DNA of 32,000 nucleotides from Formosa sp. Hel1_33_131 (GTDB lineage Bacteria; Bacteroidota; Bacteroidia; Flavobacteriales; Flavobacteriaceae): NCBI RefSeq assembly GCF_001735745.1, contig NZ_CP017260.1, positions 900,001 to 932,000 of the forward strand, read 5' to 3'. Shown piece by piece: positions 24,108 to 32,000 of this stretch (position 1 is its first letter; each line of letters starts with the position of its first letter). The notes under the pieces were generated by a model. It saw only the letters and a program-made list of their open reading frames with translations, ran no database searches and was not told where the DNA came from. The position numbers and the translations under genes were made by a program.

Positions 24108-24932
24108 ATTACTGATTTCTTGTTCTGTAAGATGTTTCCAATGCCCTCTTGGTAAATCTTTTTTGGAAAGAGGTCCAATAGTCACACAGTCCATTTTGAC
24201 AATCTCATATTTAAAGTGATCAAAAATGAGTCTTAATATGGTATTTCCTGTATTTTTTATCTGAAGACCGAGTTCATTTTTTGGAGATCCTTCAATATAA
24301 CTAATCGCCTCAACCGTAACGTGCTTTCCTTCGTATTTGAAGCCTTCTTGAATACTTTTTAAATGTTCAAACTTTAAAGGCTTGTCTAATTCCATATGGA
24401 ACAAACGGGTCACACCATGTTTGGAATTGGTGAATTTTGCATGCATTTGCTCATCATTAGTAAATAAAATCAATCCAAGGGAATTTCTACCAAGACGTCC
24501 AATAGGTCTGATTTTTGCATCTGTAGCATTGGCTACTAAATCCATCACCGTTCGACCTTTGCCCTCACTTGTGGTGGTGGCAAATCCTTTAGGTTTATTT
24601 AATAGGACATAGACTTTTTTCTCAGGATTGATACGTGCACCATCAAAACGAACCTCATCTTCCAAACGGACTTTATACCCCATTTCGGTGACCACTTTCC
24701 CGTTGACCATGACACTCCCAATACTGATGTGCATATCTGCTTCACGGCGCGAGCACATTCCAGAATTTGAAATGTATTTATTTAAACGAATTTCATCCGT
24801 GTTAGAATTTGCCTTTGCATTCGACTTAGAGGGCGTTGACTTTTTCTTTGAATAAGAAGTTACAGGAGCCTTCAATTTTGAAGGTCTGGACTTCCCTACA
24901 CGTCTGTCTGAATTCTTGTTCACTTTTGCCAT
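24093..24932 (-). CDS. RsuA/RluB-family pseudouridine-synthase-like protein with an S4 domain; catalytic Asp position is Gly
   Basis: S4 domain 'RLNKYISNSGMCSRREADMHISIGSVMVNGKVV'. Motif II reads 'GRLGRNSLGLILFTND' where the family has GRLD. The start at ATG 24932 lies downstream of a -7 box. Confidence 0.75.
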   Translation of the reverse strand: MAKVNKNSDRRVGKSRPSKLKAPVTSYSKKKSTPSKSNAKANSNTDEIRLNKYISNSGMCSRREADMHISIGSVMVNGKVVTEMGYKVRLEDEVRFDGARINPEKKVYVLLNKPKGFATTTSEGKGRTVMDLVANATDAKIRPIGRLGRNSLGLILFTNDEQMHAKFTNSKHGVTRLFHMELDKPLKFEHLKSIQEGFKYEGKHVTVEAISYIEGSPKNELGLQIKNTGNTILRLIFDHFKYEIVKMDCVTIGPLSKKDLPRGHWKHLTEQEISNLMML

Positions 24933-24945
24933 GATTAATTTTTTG

Positions 24946-24953
24946 CAAATGTA
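24946..24953 (-). promoter_or_regulatory. Candidate -7 box TACATTTG for the pseudouridine-synthase-like gene
   Basis: The plus strand reads CAAATGTA, the reverse complement of TAnnTTTG. It lies 14 nt upstream of ATG 24932 and inside the longer track ORF, which argues for the shorter start. Confidence 0.45.
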
Positions 24954-24987
24954 ACGCATTCATAAACAATGCGAGTAATTTTTTCGC

Positions 24988-25896
24988 TTATAATAGCTTG
25001 GACAGAATGAGCGACGGATTTAATAAAACAATGCTAAAAACACCTAATAAAATAAGGAGCCTTAACAGGTTGTGCACCCAAACAAATTGTCGTTGGCTCT
25101 TCGCTTTATAGATAAGAATAACGACTACAGAAAGTAAACTCATACTTCCATAAAAGAAATAATCCATCTTCCCTAAGTCGTATGTAGACACTAAGTATCC
25201 GGTCACTAAAATATTCATCATAACTAGAAGAGCAATCATGATTTTAGCCGTTTTTTCACCATAAACAACGGGGACTGTTTTGTAATCTAGGGTGAGATCG
25301 CCTTTCAAATTTTCTAAGTCTTTAACCAGTTCTCGCATCGCTAATATGAGAAATAAATAGAATCCAAAGACAAATATCAAACCGCTGTAGTTTTTGTAGT
25401 ACAAAAAGATAGCGAAAAAGGGAGTGATGGTTAAAATTGCTGAAATCAAGTTTCCAATAATGGGTCTTTTTTTGATTTTATGAGAATAAAACCAGATGGA
25501 AAAAATATAAAATGAAAAGAATAAAACAGATCGAAATGATACATAACTGGCAATAATCACAACGATAAAATTAATTATAAAATAGAGGATTAACTTTGTG
25601 TTTTGACTAACGTATTGCTCTAAAGTGGATTTACGAGGGCGGTTGATACTGTCTTTTTCGCTGTCGTAAAAATTATTGATAATGTACCCTGAACCAATGG
25701 CTCCGACCGTTGCCAAAATCAATGCAAAAAGCGAGTGATCAAACAAAATTTCAGAAAGCGATTGAGAGGACGGTGCCATAATAAAAACAGCAGTGATGTA
25801 TTGCGCAATAACGATGAGCGCCAAATTGAAACCCCTAACGACCACAAACATGCTAAATAATTTTAGTATAATTTGTTTTTGAATTGGCGTAACCAT
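24988..25896 (-). CDS. UbiA-family prenyltransferase
   Basis: Polytopic membrane protein with 'NNFYDSEKDSINRP' (NxxxDxxxD). Confidence 0.8.
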   Translation of the reverse strand: MVTPIQKQIILKLFSMFVVVRGFNLALIVIAQYITAVFIMAPSSQSLSEILFDHSLFALILATVGAIGSGYIINNFYDSEKDSINRPRKSTLEQYVSQNTKLILYFIINFIVVIIASYVSFRSVLFFSFYIFSIWFYSHKIKKRPIIGNLISAILTITPFFAIFLYYKNYSGLIFVFGFYLFLILAMRELVKDLENLKGDLTLDYKTVPVVYGEKTAKIMIALLVMMNILVTGYLVSTYDLGKMDYFFYGSMSLLSVVVILIYKAKSQRQFVWVHNLLRLLILLGVFSIVLLNPSLILSKLL

Positions 25897-25905
25897 AGTG
25901 AAAGT

Positions 25906-26835
25906 TTAGAAGTTATAAACGACCTCTAATTTATGATCTATAAGTGCTTTTTGAGCGGCTTGAAAGTCTTCAGTAAATCCTAAAATATAGCCACCCCCAC
26001 CAGAGCCGCAGAGTTTTAAATAATAGGCATTGGATTCGATTCCCGCTTTCCATATTGTGTGGAATTGCTTCGGAATCATGGGCTTGAAATGATTTAAAAC
26101 AACTTTAGAAAGTTGTTTGGTATTTCTGAAAAGCGAATTAATATCTCCTTTCAAAAAATCTTCCACACAGGCATCTGTATGTTTTATGAATTGATTTTTA
26201 AGCATTGTCCTGAAACCTTCTTGTTTCATTTTCTCCATAAAAATACCAACCATCGGTGCGGTTTCACCAATGATGCCACTGTCTAAAAGAAAAACGGCTC
26301 CTTTCCCATTTGTGTTTTGAGAAGGAATACCAGTAGCTTCAATATTGTCTTTGGAATTTATGAGAATAGGAATGCTTAAATAACTATTTAACGGATCTAA
26401 ACCCGATGATTTTCCGTGGAAAAAAGATTCCATTTCAGAAAAAATAGCTTTTAGTTTTAATAATTTTTCGCGAGTGAGGTTTTCTAGAACCGTGATTTTG
26501 TCTTGAGCATATTTATCATACAGAGCGGCAACCAATGCACCACTACTTCCTACGCCATAGCCTTGAGGTATGGACGAATCAAAATACATTCCAGCTTGAA
26601 CATCTTGTTGTAATTGCTCTAAATCAAACGCCACTAAGTTGGTGTCTATATCGGATAAATATTTAAGAAATTTCTTTAAATTGAGATTAGAATCCACCGC
26701 TGATGGAGTTGGATTTTCATCCATTTTCAAAGCGCCATTATAAAAATTATAAGGTATAGAGAGTCCTTTAGAATCTTTGATGATTCCATATTCTCCGAAG
26801 AGTAAAATTTTTGAGTAAAAAAGTGGTCCTTTCAT
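25906..26835 (-). CDS. Mevalonate kinase (GHMP kinase)
   Basis: 'ILLFGEYGII' and the GHMP motif 'GYGVGSSGALVAAL'. It is adjacent to mvaD. Confidence 0.7.
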   Translation of the reverse strand: MKGPLFYSKILLFGEYGIIKDSKGLSIPYNFYNGALKMDENPTPSAVDSNLNLKKFLKYLSDIDTNLVAFDLEQLQQDVQAGMYFDSSIPQGYGVGSSGALVAALYDKYAQDKITVLENLTREKLLKLKAIFSEMESFFHGKSSGLDPLNSYLSIPILINSKDNIEATGIPSQNTNGKGAVFLLDSGIIGETAPMVGIFMEKMKQEGFRTMLKNQFIKHTDACVEDFLKGDINSLFRNTKQLSKVVLNHFKPMIPKQFHTIWKAGIESNAYYLKLCGSGGGGYILGFTEDFQAAQKALIDHKLEVVYNF

Positions 26836-26889
26836 AGAGGTGTGTTAGACTTAAAATTTCTTACTGGTTAATGATTGCTCAAAGATACA

Positions 26890-27972
26890 TTAAATTTTTA
26901 TTGGTTGTGCACCTTGACCTAACTTGTCTTCAATAAAATGTCCGTTTTGACAGTGTACCGCCAACTCGGTTTTTATAAATTCTTGAATTTGTTTCGCTTC
27001 AGATTCAGGAAATAACACATGAACATTGGCACCAGCATCGAGAGTAAAACAGATATGAAGCCCTGTTCTTGCCCTGAATGCCCAGATCTTATTTATGATT
27101 TCTAGGGTATTGGGTTTCATTAATATAAAATACGGATCACTGCTCATCATCATAGCGTGTAATGTGAGTGCTTCACGTTCTACGATGCTAATAAATCCGT
27201 TTAAATCGCCGGATTTTAAAACCTCAATTAAGGCATCCATATTGGAATGTGCTTGTGCAAAACGCTGCTCGGCAAAGGGATGGTTGTGCATCAAATTGTG
27301 GCCAACGGTACTGCTCACTTGCTTCTCGCCTTTATCGACTAAAAGAATGGTGTCTCGGTAGTTTTTGAAATTCAGATGGACTTCATAGGGGTATTTTATC
27401 CCTACTAAATCTGAACTGCCCTCAATATTCGTATGGGCACCCCATACAATTAAATCGCCTTCGATACTTCGGCAGGCACTTCCAGATCCCAAACGGGCTA
27501 AAAAGGAGGCTTTTTTGTTGAAAGATTCTTTTGAAATATCTGGGTTTAATTGCTGTTCTACTTGCATTAAACACAATGCCAAAGCACTCATACCTGAAGC
27601 TGAAGAGGCAATGCCTGAACTGTGTGGAAAGGTGTTTGACGTTTCAATCACAAAATGATAGGCCCTTAAAAAAGGGAGATACATTTCAATCCGATTAAAA
27701 AATTGTTCGATTTTTGGCTTAAAATCTTCCTCTAAAATACCTTCCAAAAACACGTCAAATGAAAACCCTTCGGATGTCTTTTTTTTAAACTTAAGGGTGG
27801 TAGTGGTTTTACAGTTGTCTAGCGTAAAACTGATGGACGGATTGGCTGGAATTTGATGTGCTTTTTTGCCCCAATATTTCACCAAAGCAATATTACTCGG
27901 AGCGCTGTAAGCAGCGGCACCGCTCTCTAAAAGTTGTTTATACGGTTTTGGAATGAATTCGTTTACAATCAT
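26890..27972 (-). CDS. mvaD: Diphosphomevalonate decarboxylase
   Basis: 'APSNIALVKYWGK', 'GIASSASG' and 'FTLDAGANVH'. Confidence 0.85.
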   Translation of the reverse strand: MIVNEFIPKPYKQLLESGAAAYSAPSNIALVKYWGKKAHQIPANPSISFTLDNCKTTTTLKFKKKTSEGFSFDVFLEGILEEDFKPKIEQFFNRIEMYLPFLRAYHFVIETSNTFPHSSGIASSASGMSALALCLMQVEQQLNPDISKESFNKKASFLARLGSGSACRSIEGDLIVWGAHTNIEGSSDLVGIKYPYEVHLNFKNYRDTILLVDKGEKQVSSTVGHNLMHNHPFAEQRFAQAHSNMDALIEVLKSGDLNGFISIVEREALTLHAMMMSSDPYFILMKPNTLEIINKIWAFRARTGLHICFTLDAGANVHVLFPESEAKQIQEFIKTELAVHCQNGHFIEDKLGQGAQPIKI

Positions 27973-28019
27973 AAAATTGGTGTGAGGGACAAAGATACTA
28001 ACTTCGCTTTATTTATTTG

Positions 28020-29231
28020 TTATTTAGACAACTGTTGTGACGCAATAAAAGCACTTGTCCACGCATTTTGAAAATTAAAACCGCCAGTCACTGCATCAAT
28101 ATTTAAGACTTCTCCAGCAAAATACAGGTTTTTAAAGTACTTACTTTCAAAGGTTTTGAAATTTACGCCTTTCAATTCCACGCCGCCTGCTGTGACAAAT
28201 TCTTCTTTGAACGTGCTTTTGCCATCTACATTGAACACTGCTTCGGTAAGTTGACTTGCAATTTTTTGTAATTGTTGTTTGTTGACCTCAGCCCAACGAA
28301 GGTCGCTCGGAATTCCTGAAGCAATTACTAACTGTTCCCACAAACGTTTCGGAAGGTCAAACTGAGAAGATTTTAAAATTGTTTTTTTAGGAAACATCGT
28401 TTTGAATTCTAACAAGGCCTCCAAACATTCTAAAAAATCGTATTTAACAAAATTAACTTTGATTTGAAATTTATACTGTCTTTCAGCCAATTCCAAAGCA
28501 CCATAGGCAGAAAGTTTTAGAATGGAAGGCGCACTCAGTCCCGTGTGCGTTACGAGCAACGGCCCTTCGGATTCCAAATGGCTATTCAGTACAGAAATAC
28601 GGACATCTGTAGCCACCACTCCAGGGATGGTTTTAAGACGCGAATCTTTAATGTTAAAGGTAAACAAAGAAGGAACTGGAGCAATCACTTGGTGACCAAG
28701 AGATTCTAATAGTTTCCAGATTTTAGGGTTACTTCCTGTAGCGATTAACAGTTTGGGGGCTCCAAAAACGCCTTTGGTGGTTTCTAATTCCCAAGTATCA
28801 TTTTCATACTTAATCCCTTGTACAGAATGATTTAATAAGACCTCAATTTGATGTGTTTTAATTTCCTCTAAAAAACAATCTATGATCGTTTGTGACGAAT
28901 TGGAAACAGGAAAAACGCGTCCGTCTTCTTCTATTTTTAAGGGCACACCACGGTCTTCAAACCATTGCATGGTATCGCCTGTCATGTAGTTATGAAAGGG
29001 ACCTCGTAATTCTTTTTTACCTCGGGGATAATTTAAAACCAGTTCATCAGGGATAAATTCGGCATGAGTTACATTACAGCGGCCGCCTCCAGAAATTTTA
29101 ACTTTGGAAAGTACATTAGAACCACGTTCTAAAATAGCTATTTTGAGATTTGGATTTTGAGTTGCTGTATTGATTGCTGCAAAAAAACCTGCTGCACCTC
29201 CACCCACAATTAAAACGTCGTAATTATTCAC
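28020..29231 (-). CDS. HI0933/BaiN-family NAD(P)/FAD-dependent oxidoreductase
   Basis: 'YDVLIVGGGAAGFFAAI', 'SGGGRCNVTH' and 'LYFAGEVLNIDAVTGGFNFQNAW'. Confidence 0.85.
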   Translation of the reverse strand: MNNYDVLIVGGGAAGFFAAINTATQNPNLKIAILERGSNVLSKVKISGGGRCNVTHAEFIPDELVLNYPRGKKELRGPFHNYMTGDTMQWFEDRGVPLKIEEDGRVFPVSNSSQTIIDCFLEEIKTHQIEVLLNHSVQGIKYENDTWELETTKGVFGAPKLLIATGSNPKIWKLLESLGHQVIAPVPSLFTFNIKDSRLKTIPGVVATDVRISVLNSHLESEGPLLVTHTGLSAPSILKLSAYGALELAERQYKFQIKVNFVKYDFLECLEALLEFKTMFPKKTILKSSQFDLPKRLWEQLVIASGIPSDLRWAEVNKQQLQKIASQLTEAVFNVDGKSTFKEEFVTAGGVELKGVNFKTFESKYFKNLYFAGEVLNIDAVTGGFNFQNAWTSAFIASQQLSK

Positions 29232-29488
29232 ACTGCAAAAGTATAAAAAAAGGAATCTGGATTGAGACGTTTTTAAATTTAGTTTTGGAGTCCTATTTTA
29301 AATCGGAAAAATTCCAATAACTGGGTTTCATCATTGACTTTTGTTTTAGAATTAAAAGCCAAAGCTGTTAACAGGGGAAAATTAAACCAATCTAATTGGG
29401 TTAAACTAAAACGGGATTTCCGTTATGGAAATCCCGTTTAATATTAACTTAACAAATACTAATTAAACATTATTAAAGTCACCGAAGT

Positions 29489-30208
29489 TTATGGTAGAGA
29501 AAAAGTGAATGATTCAGATGTACCAAATTCAGCTCCTTGACCTAAAGTAGTTAAACAAGCGGGTAGTCCTAATACATACGAACCGACCCCATAACTACAA
29601 CATATTCCGTCTCCATAAGCATCCGATATTGTAAATGTGTAATCACCATCAGGAAGTGTGTAATATCCATTAAATGCTGTTTCTCCTGGATAGGGTCCTC
29701 CAGATTCAACAACTGAATTTGCGGAATCTGTGATCTCCCAGCTTGTCTCATCTGGATAATCATCAAAATTTATTGCTAATTCTACATCATTAGAAACACA
29801 TATCTTTGTATATGTAATGGTGATCTCTTCAGATGTAGACACTAACCTAAGAATTAGATTTTTGGTAACACCTGGTGGTATATTAACTAAATCAAATCCA
29901 ATAATGGTTGAACCTTTGAGTTCGCCTGCTCTAATACCTACATTTCCACTAAAGCTATATTCCAGTGCGCTCCCTGTTGACTCACTGCTTACTTCAATTG
30001 GAACAGAGCGGTCTGCGGTATGTGCTTCTGAAGCTGTAACAACAATTTCAAACGTATTAGAGAGAGGATTAATAATTACTGATCCCGATGATGTTTCAAA
30101 AGAATCCGATGGCGATACAGTTTGGAATTCTTCAGTATTCGTATCGCATGAATTAAATACTAAGACTATTGTTAATAAGGCTAATAAATAGGTTTTATTA
30201 TTTTTCAT
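29489..30208 (-). CDS. Lipoprotein with a C-terminal Cys-rich 'ETSW...GDGICC' module
   Basis: Lipobox 'VLVFNSC'. C-terminus 'FDDYPDETSWEITD...GDYTFTISDAYGDGICCSYGVGSYVL'. Confidence 0.65.
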   Translation of the reverse strand: MKNNKTYLLALLTIVLVFNSCDTNTEEFQTVSPSDSFETSSGSVIINPLSNTFEIVVTASEAHTADRSVPIEVSSESTGSALEYSFSGNVGIRAGELKGSTIIGFDLVNIPPGVTKNLILRLVSTSEEITITYTKICVSNDVELAINFDDYPDETSWEITDSANSVVESGGPYPGETAFNGYYTLPDGDYTFTISDAYGDGICCSYGVGSYVLGLPACLTTLGQGAEFGTSESFTFSLP

Positions 30209-30248
30209 AATTTTTGTTTTTAAAAATTTTTAATTTAGGTTTTGTTTA

Positions 30249-31034
30249 TTAAAATACGGATTCAGCTGCAACTTTTGTAGTCTTATATGTAACATCTCCC
30301 GTTCCAGCATCAGTAACTTTTTCAAACTTAACAAAGTAATAAAAGGCTTGTGTAGTTTCTCCTGACACAGAATCATTGAAAATTTCAATAGTTCCATTTG
30401 GATGTATTATATACATTTTAACATCAACTGTCGCATCGACTGCAGACCATACTCTAGGTAAAATATTATAAGTTCCATCAGGTTGTGTATTATCAAAGGT
30501 AAGACTTTCTGAAGGTGTACCAGTTTGGCTTGTGACAATACTAGTCGTTGGTGGCTCGTTTGTTAACCACAAGTCCAAATCATTTTCTACTGCATTACTC
30601 CAAGTCATTAATATTTCTAATCCATTTGAATTAATTGCTGGCACGCTAATGAATGTAACTGAAGTGTTTGTAGAACCCACTAATACAGCATCATTGTTAA
30701 GTGCAAAGGCGCCTGTAAGAACAATCGAATTTGATTCTCCTACAACATTTGGTATTGCAAGACTAACCGATTGTTGTCCCTGAATTAAATCAATTGATTT
30801 CTCAACTCCATTTAAGGTGTAAGTAAACTGAGTAGATTCCGCTAGCGTTCTTGACAAAACAAAGCCTACTGAGATTTCGTCTCCATCAAAAGCATATATT
30901 TCTCCTGTCTTGTCTAATGAGGCCGTTACTGCCTCTCCCATTGGTATGACCGCTGGATCGTTGTCAATAGCACAAGACGAAACTATTAACGTAAGTGCTA
31001 TTAAGAATAAGGGTATAAATTTTATATTTTTCAT
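30249..31034 (-). CDS. Hypothetical lipoprotein
   Basis: Lipobox 'LIVSSC'. It lies 12 nt downstream of the TonB-dependent receptor gene. Confidence 0.6.
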   Translation of the reverse strand: MKNIKFIPLFLIALTLIVSSCAIDNDPAVIPMGEAVTASLDKTGEIYAFDGDEISVGFVLSRTLAESTQFTYTLNGVEKSIDLIQGQQSVSLAIPNVVGESNSIVLTGAFALNNDAVLVGSTNTSVTFISVPAINSNGLEILMTWSNAVENDLDLWLTNEPPTTSIVTSQTGTPSESLTFDNTQPDGTYNILPRVWSAVDATVDVKMYIIHPNGTIEIFNDSVSGETTQAFYYFVKFEKVTDAGTGDVTYKTTKVAAESVF

Positions 31035-31046
31035 AATTTTTGTTTT

Positions 31047-32000
31047 TTATTTTAAATTAATACTTAATCTCGCAAAAAGGAATCTCCCATTGGTTCCAAA
31101 CTGCTGTGCTCTACGTGAGAAGATAAACCTTCCATCGCTCGTGTTTCCTTCTGAATTTTTATCTGGATACATATCCAATAAATTATTGGCTCCAACGGTG
31201 AACGTTACACTGTCATTATAGTCATAAGAAGCAGATAAATCCGTGACAATTTTGGATGCAAATTCTTGTCCTGTTGTACTTGTAACTTCTCCGAAATATA
31301 CATTTCTTAAAAATAGATTCCACTTATCAAAAGAAATTGTATGTGATAAATTCACTTTTTGGTTGACAGTTGCGTCTTCTAAAAAGATTCTAGAACTTTC
31401 ACTAAAATAGCGATCCAATTGACCTCCATTTACTAAAATTTGGGAGGCGTGAATATCATCAACTTGTCTTGTTTGAGAGAAAGACCCAGACAAATCTGTT
31501 TTAATTCTGGTGTTATTTATAGTCCCTTTGTGTGTAATCACAACATCCAAGCCCTTAGTTTCCGTATCAATGGCATTGGCAAAAAATGCAGCTTTACCAG
31601 CTCCGGCGTCCTTAAAAGCTTTCACTAATTCTGTAGAAATAGGATTTCCATCGCTATCATAAGCTGAGAATGTATCTGTTAATGTAACTCTGTCTTCGAC
31701 AGCTATAAAGTAGCCATCTACAGCAATTTTAATATTTGCTTCTGATAAGTTTGCTGTAAATCCAACACTTGCACTTGCAGACTCTTCTTGTTTAAGTTGC
31801 GGAATTCCTAATCCATCTTCTTCATCTGCAACTCTACTATCATTAGTAAACACTCCAACCTCTTCAGCTTTACCCTTGTTATTAAACTGTGTGGCTGTGG
31901 CATTGTAGTATATTTGGTGTAAAGAAGGTGCTCTAAAACCTGTACTTACTGCACCACGTAAATTAAAGCTATCACTTAATTTGTAACGAGAGGCTATTTT
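31047..32000 (-). CDS. TonB-dependent receptor, C-terminal part (5' end beyond the window)
   Basis: The frame stays open past the track's GTG (31853) to base 32000. The upstream translation includes '...TGFRAPSLHQIYYNATATQF...'. The beta-barrel C-terminus reads '...GRFLFARLSINLK*'. Confidence 0.8.
   Translation of the reverse strand, partial: KIASRYKLSDSFNLRGAVSTGFRAPSLHQIYYNATATQFNNKGKAEEVGVFTNDSRVADEEDGLGIPQLKQEESASASVGFTANLSEANIKIAVDGYFIAVEDRVTLTDTFSAYDSDGNPISTELVKAFKDAGAGKAAFFANAIDTETKGLDVVITHKGTINNTRIKTDLSGSFSQTRQVDDIHASQILVNGGQLDRYFSESSRIFLEDATVNQKVNLSHTISFDKWNLFLRNVYFGEVTSTTGQEFASKIVTDLSASYDYNDSVTFTVGANNLLDMYPDKNSEGNTSDGRFIFSRRAQQFGTNGRFLFARLSINLK

Overview
The window looks like a Flavobacteriia (Bacteroidota) chromosome. 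Support: T9SS C-terminal sorting domains, TAnnTTTG -7 promoter boxes, mevalonate-pathway genes, a FISUMP-domain protein, and TonB-dependent receptor plus lipoprotein units. It has four blocks. (1) About 880-7860 is an accessory island. It holds a compact tyrosine integrase / HTH excisionase-like / Rep_trans-like module and a 570-bp gene-less stretch with an orphan terminator. It also holds two adjacent proteins built from a 29-aa repeat I cannot place in a known family, divergent from an XRE regulator. A class II Fic gene sits inside a 141/142-bp tandem-repeat array. Its upstream region carries overlapping perfect palindromes, a -7 box and a (GCAG)7 microsatellite. (2) 7855-11500 holds two paralogous T9SS-secreted proteins and a decayed third copy, each with a homologous terminator. 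(3) 11848-24107 is a tightly packed 12-gene plus-strand block. The first part is an arsenosugar-type cluster: AhpD-like protein, radical SAM ArsS, rhodanese, DUF2064/TIGR04282, purine nucleoside phosphorylase, ArsM-like methyltransferase, DUF547 and TIGR04283 GT2. It runs into a ferredoxin-reductase-like flavoprotein, a NapH/CcoG-like membrane polyferredoxin, a small GT2, a processive membrane GT2 and a GT-C-like membrane protein. (4) 24093-32000 is mostly housekeeping on the minus strand: an RluB-like pseudouridine synthase whose catalytic Asp is Gly, a UbiA prenyltransferase, mevalonate kinase, diphosphomevalonate decarboxylase, an HI0933-type flavoprotein, two lipoproteins and a partial TonB-dependent receptor. 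My best candidates for something undescribed are the fic/tandem-repeat/SSR locus, the 29-aa repeat protein pair, and the uncharacterised steps after ArsS with the attached redox/glycosyltransferase genes. All family assignments come from motif recognition by eye. No searches were run.
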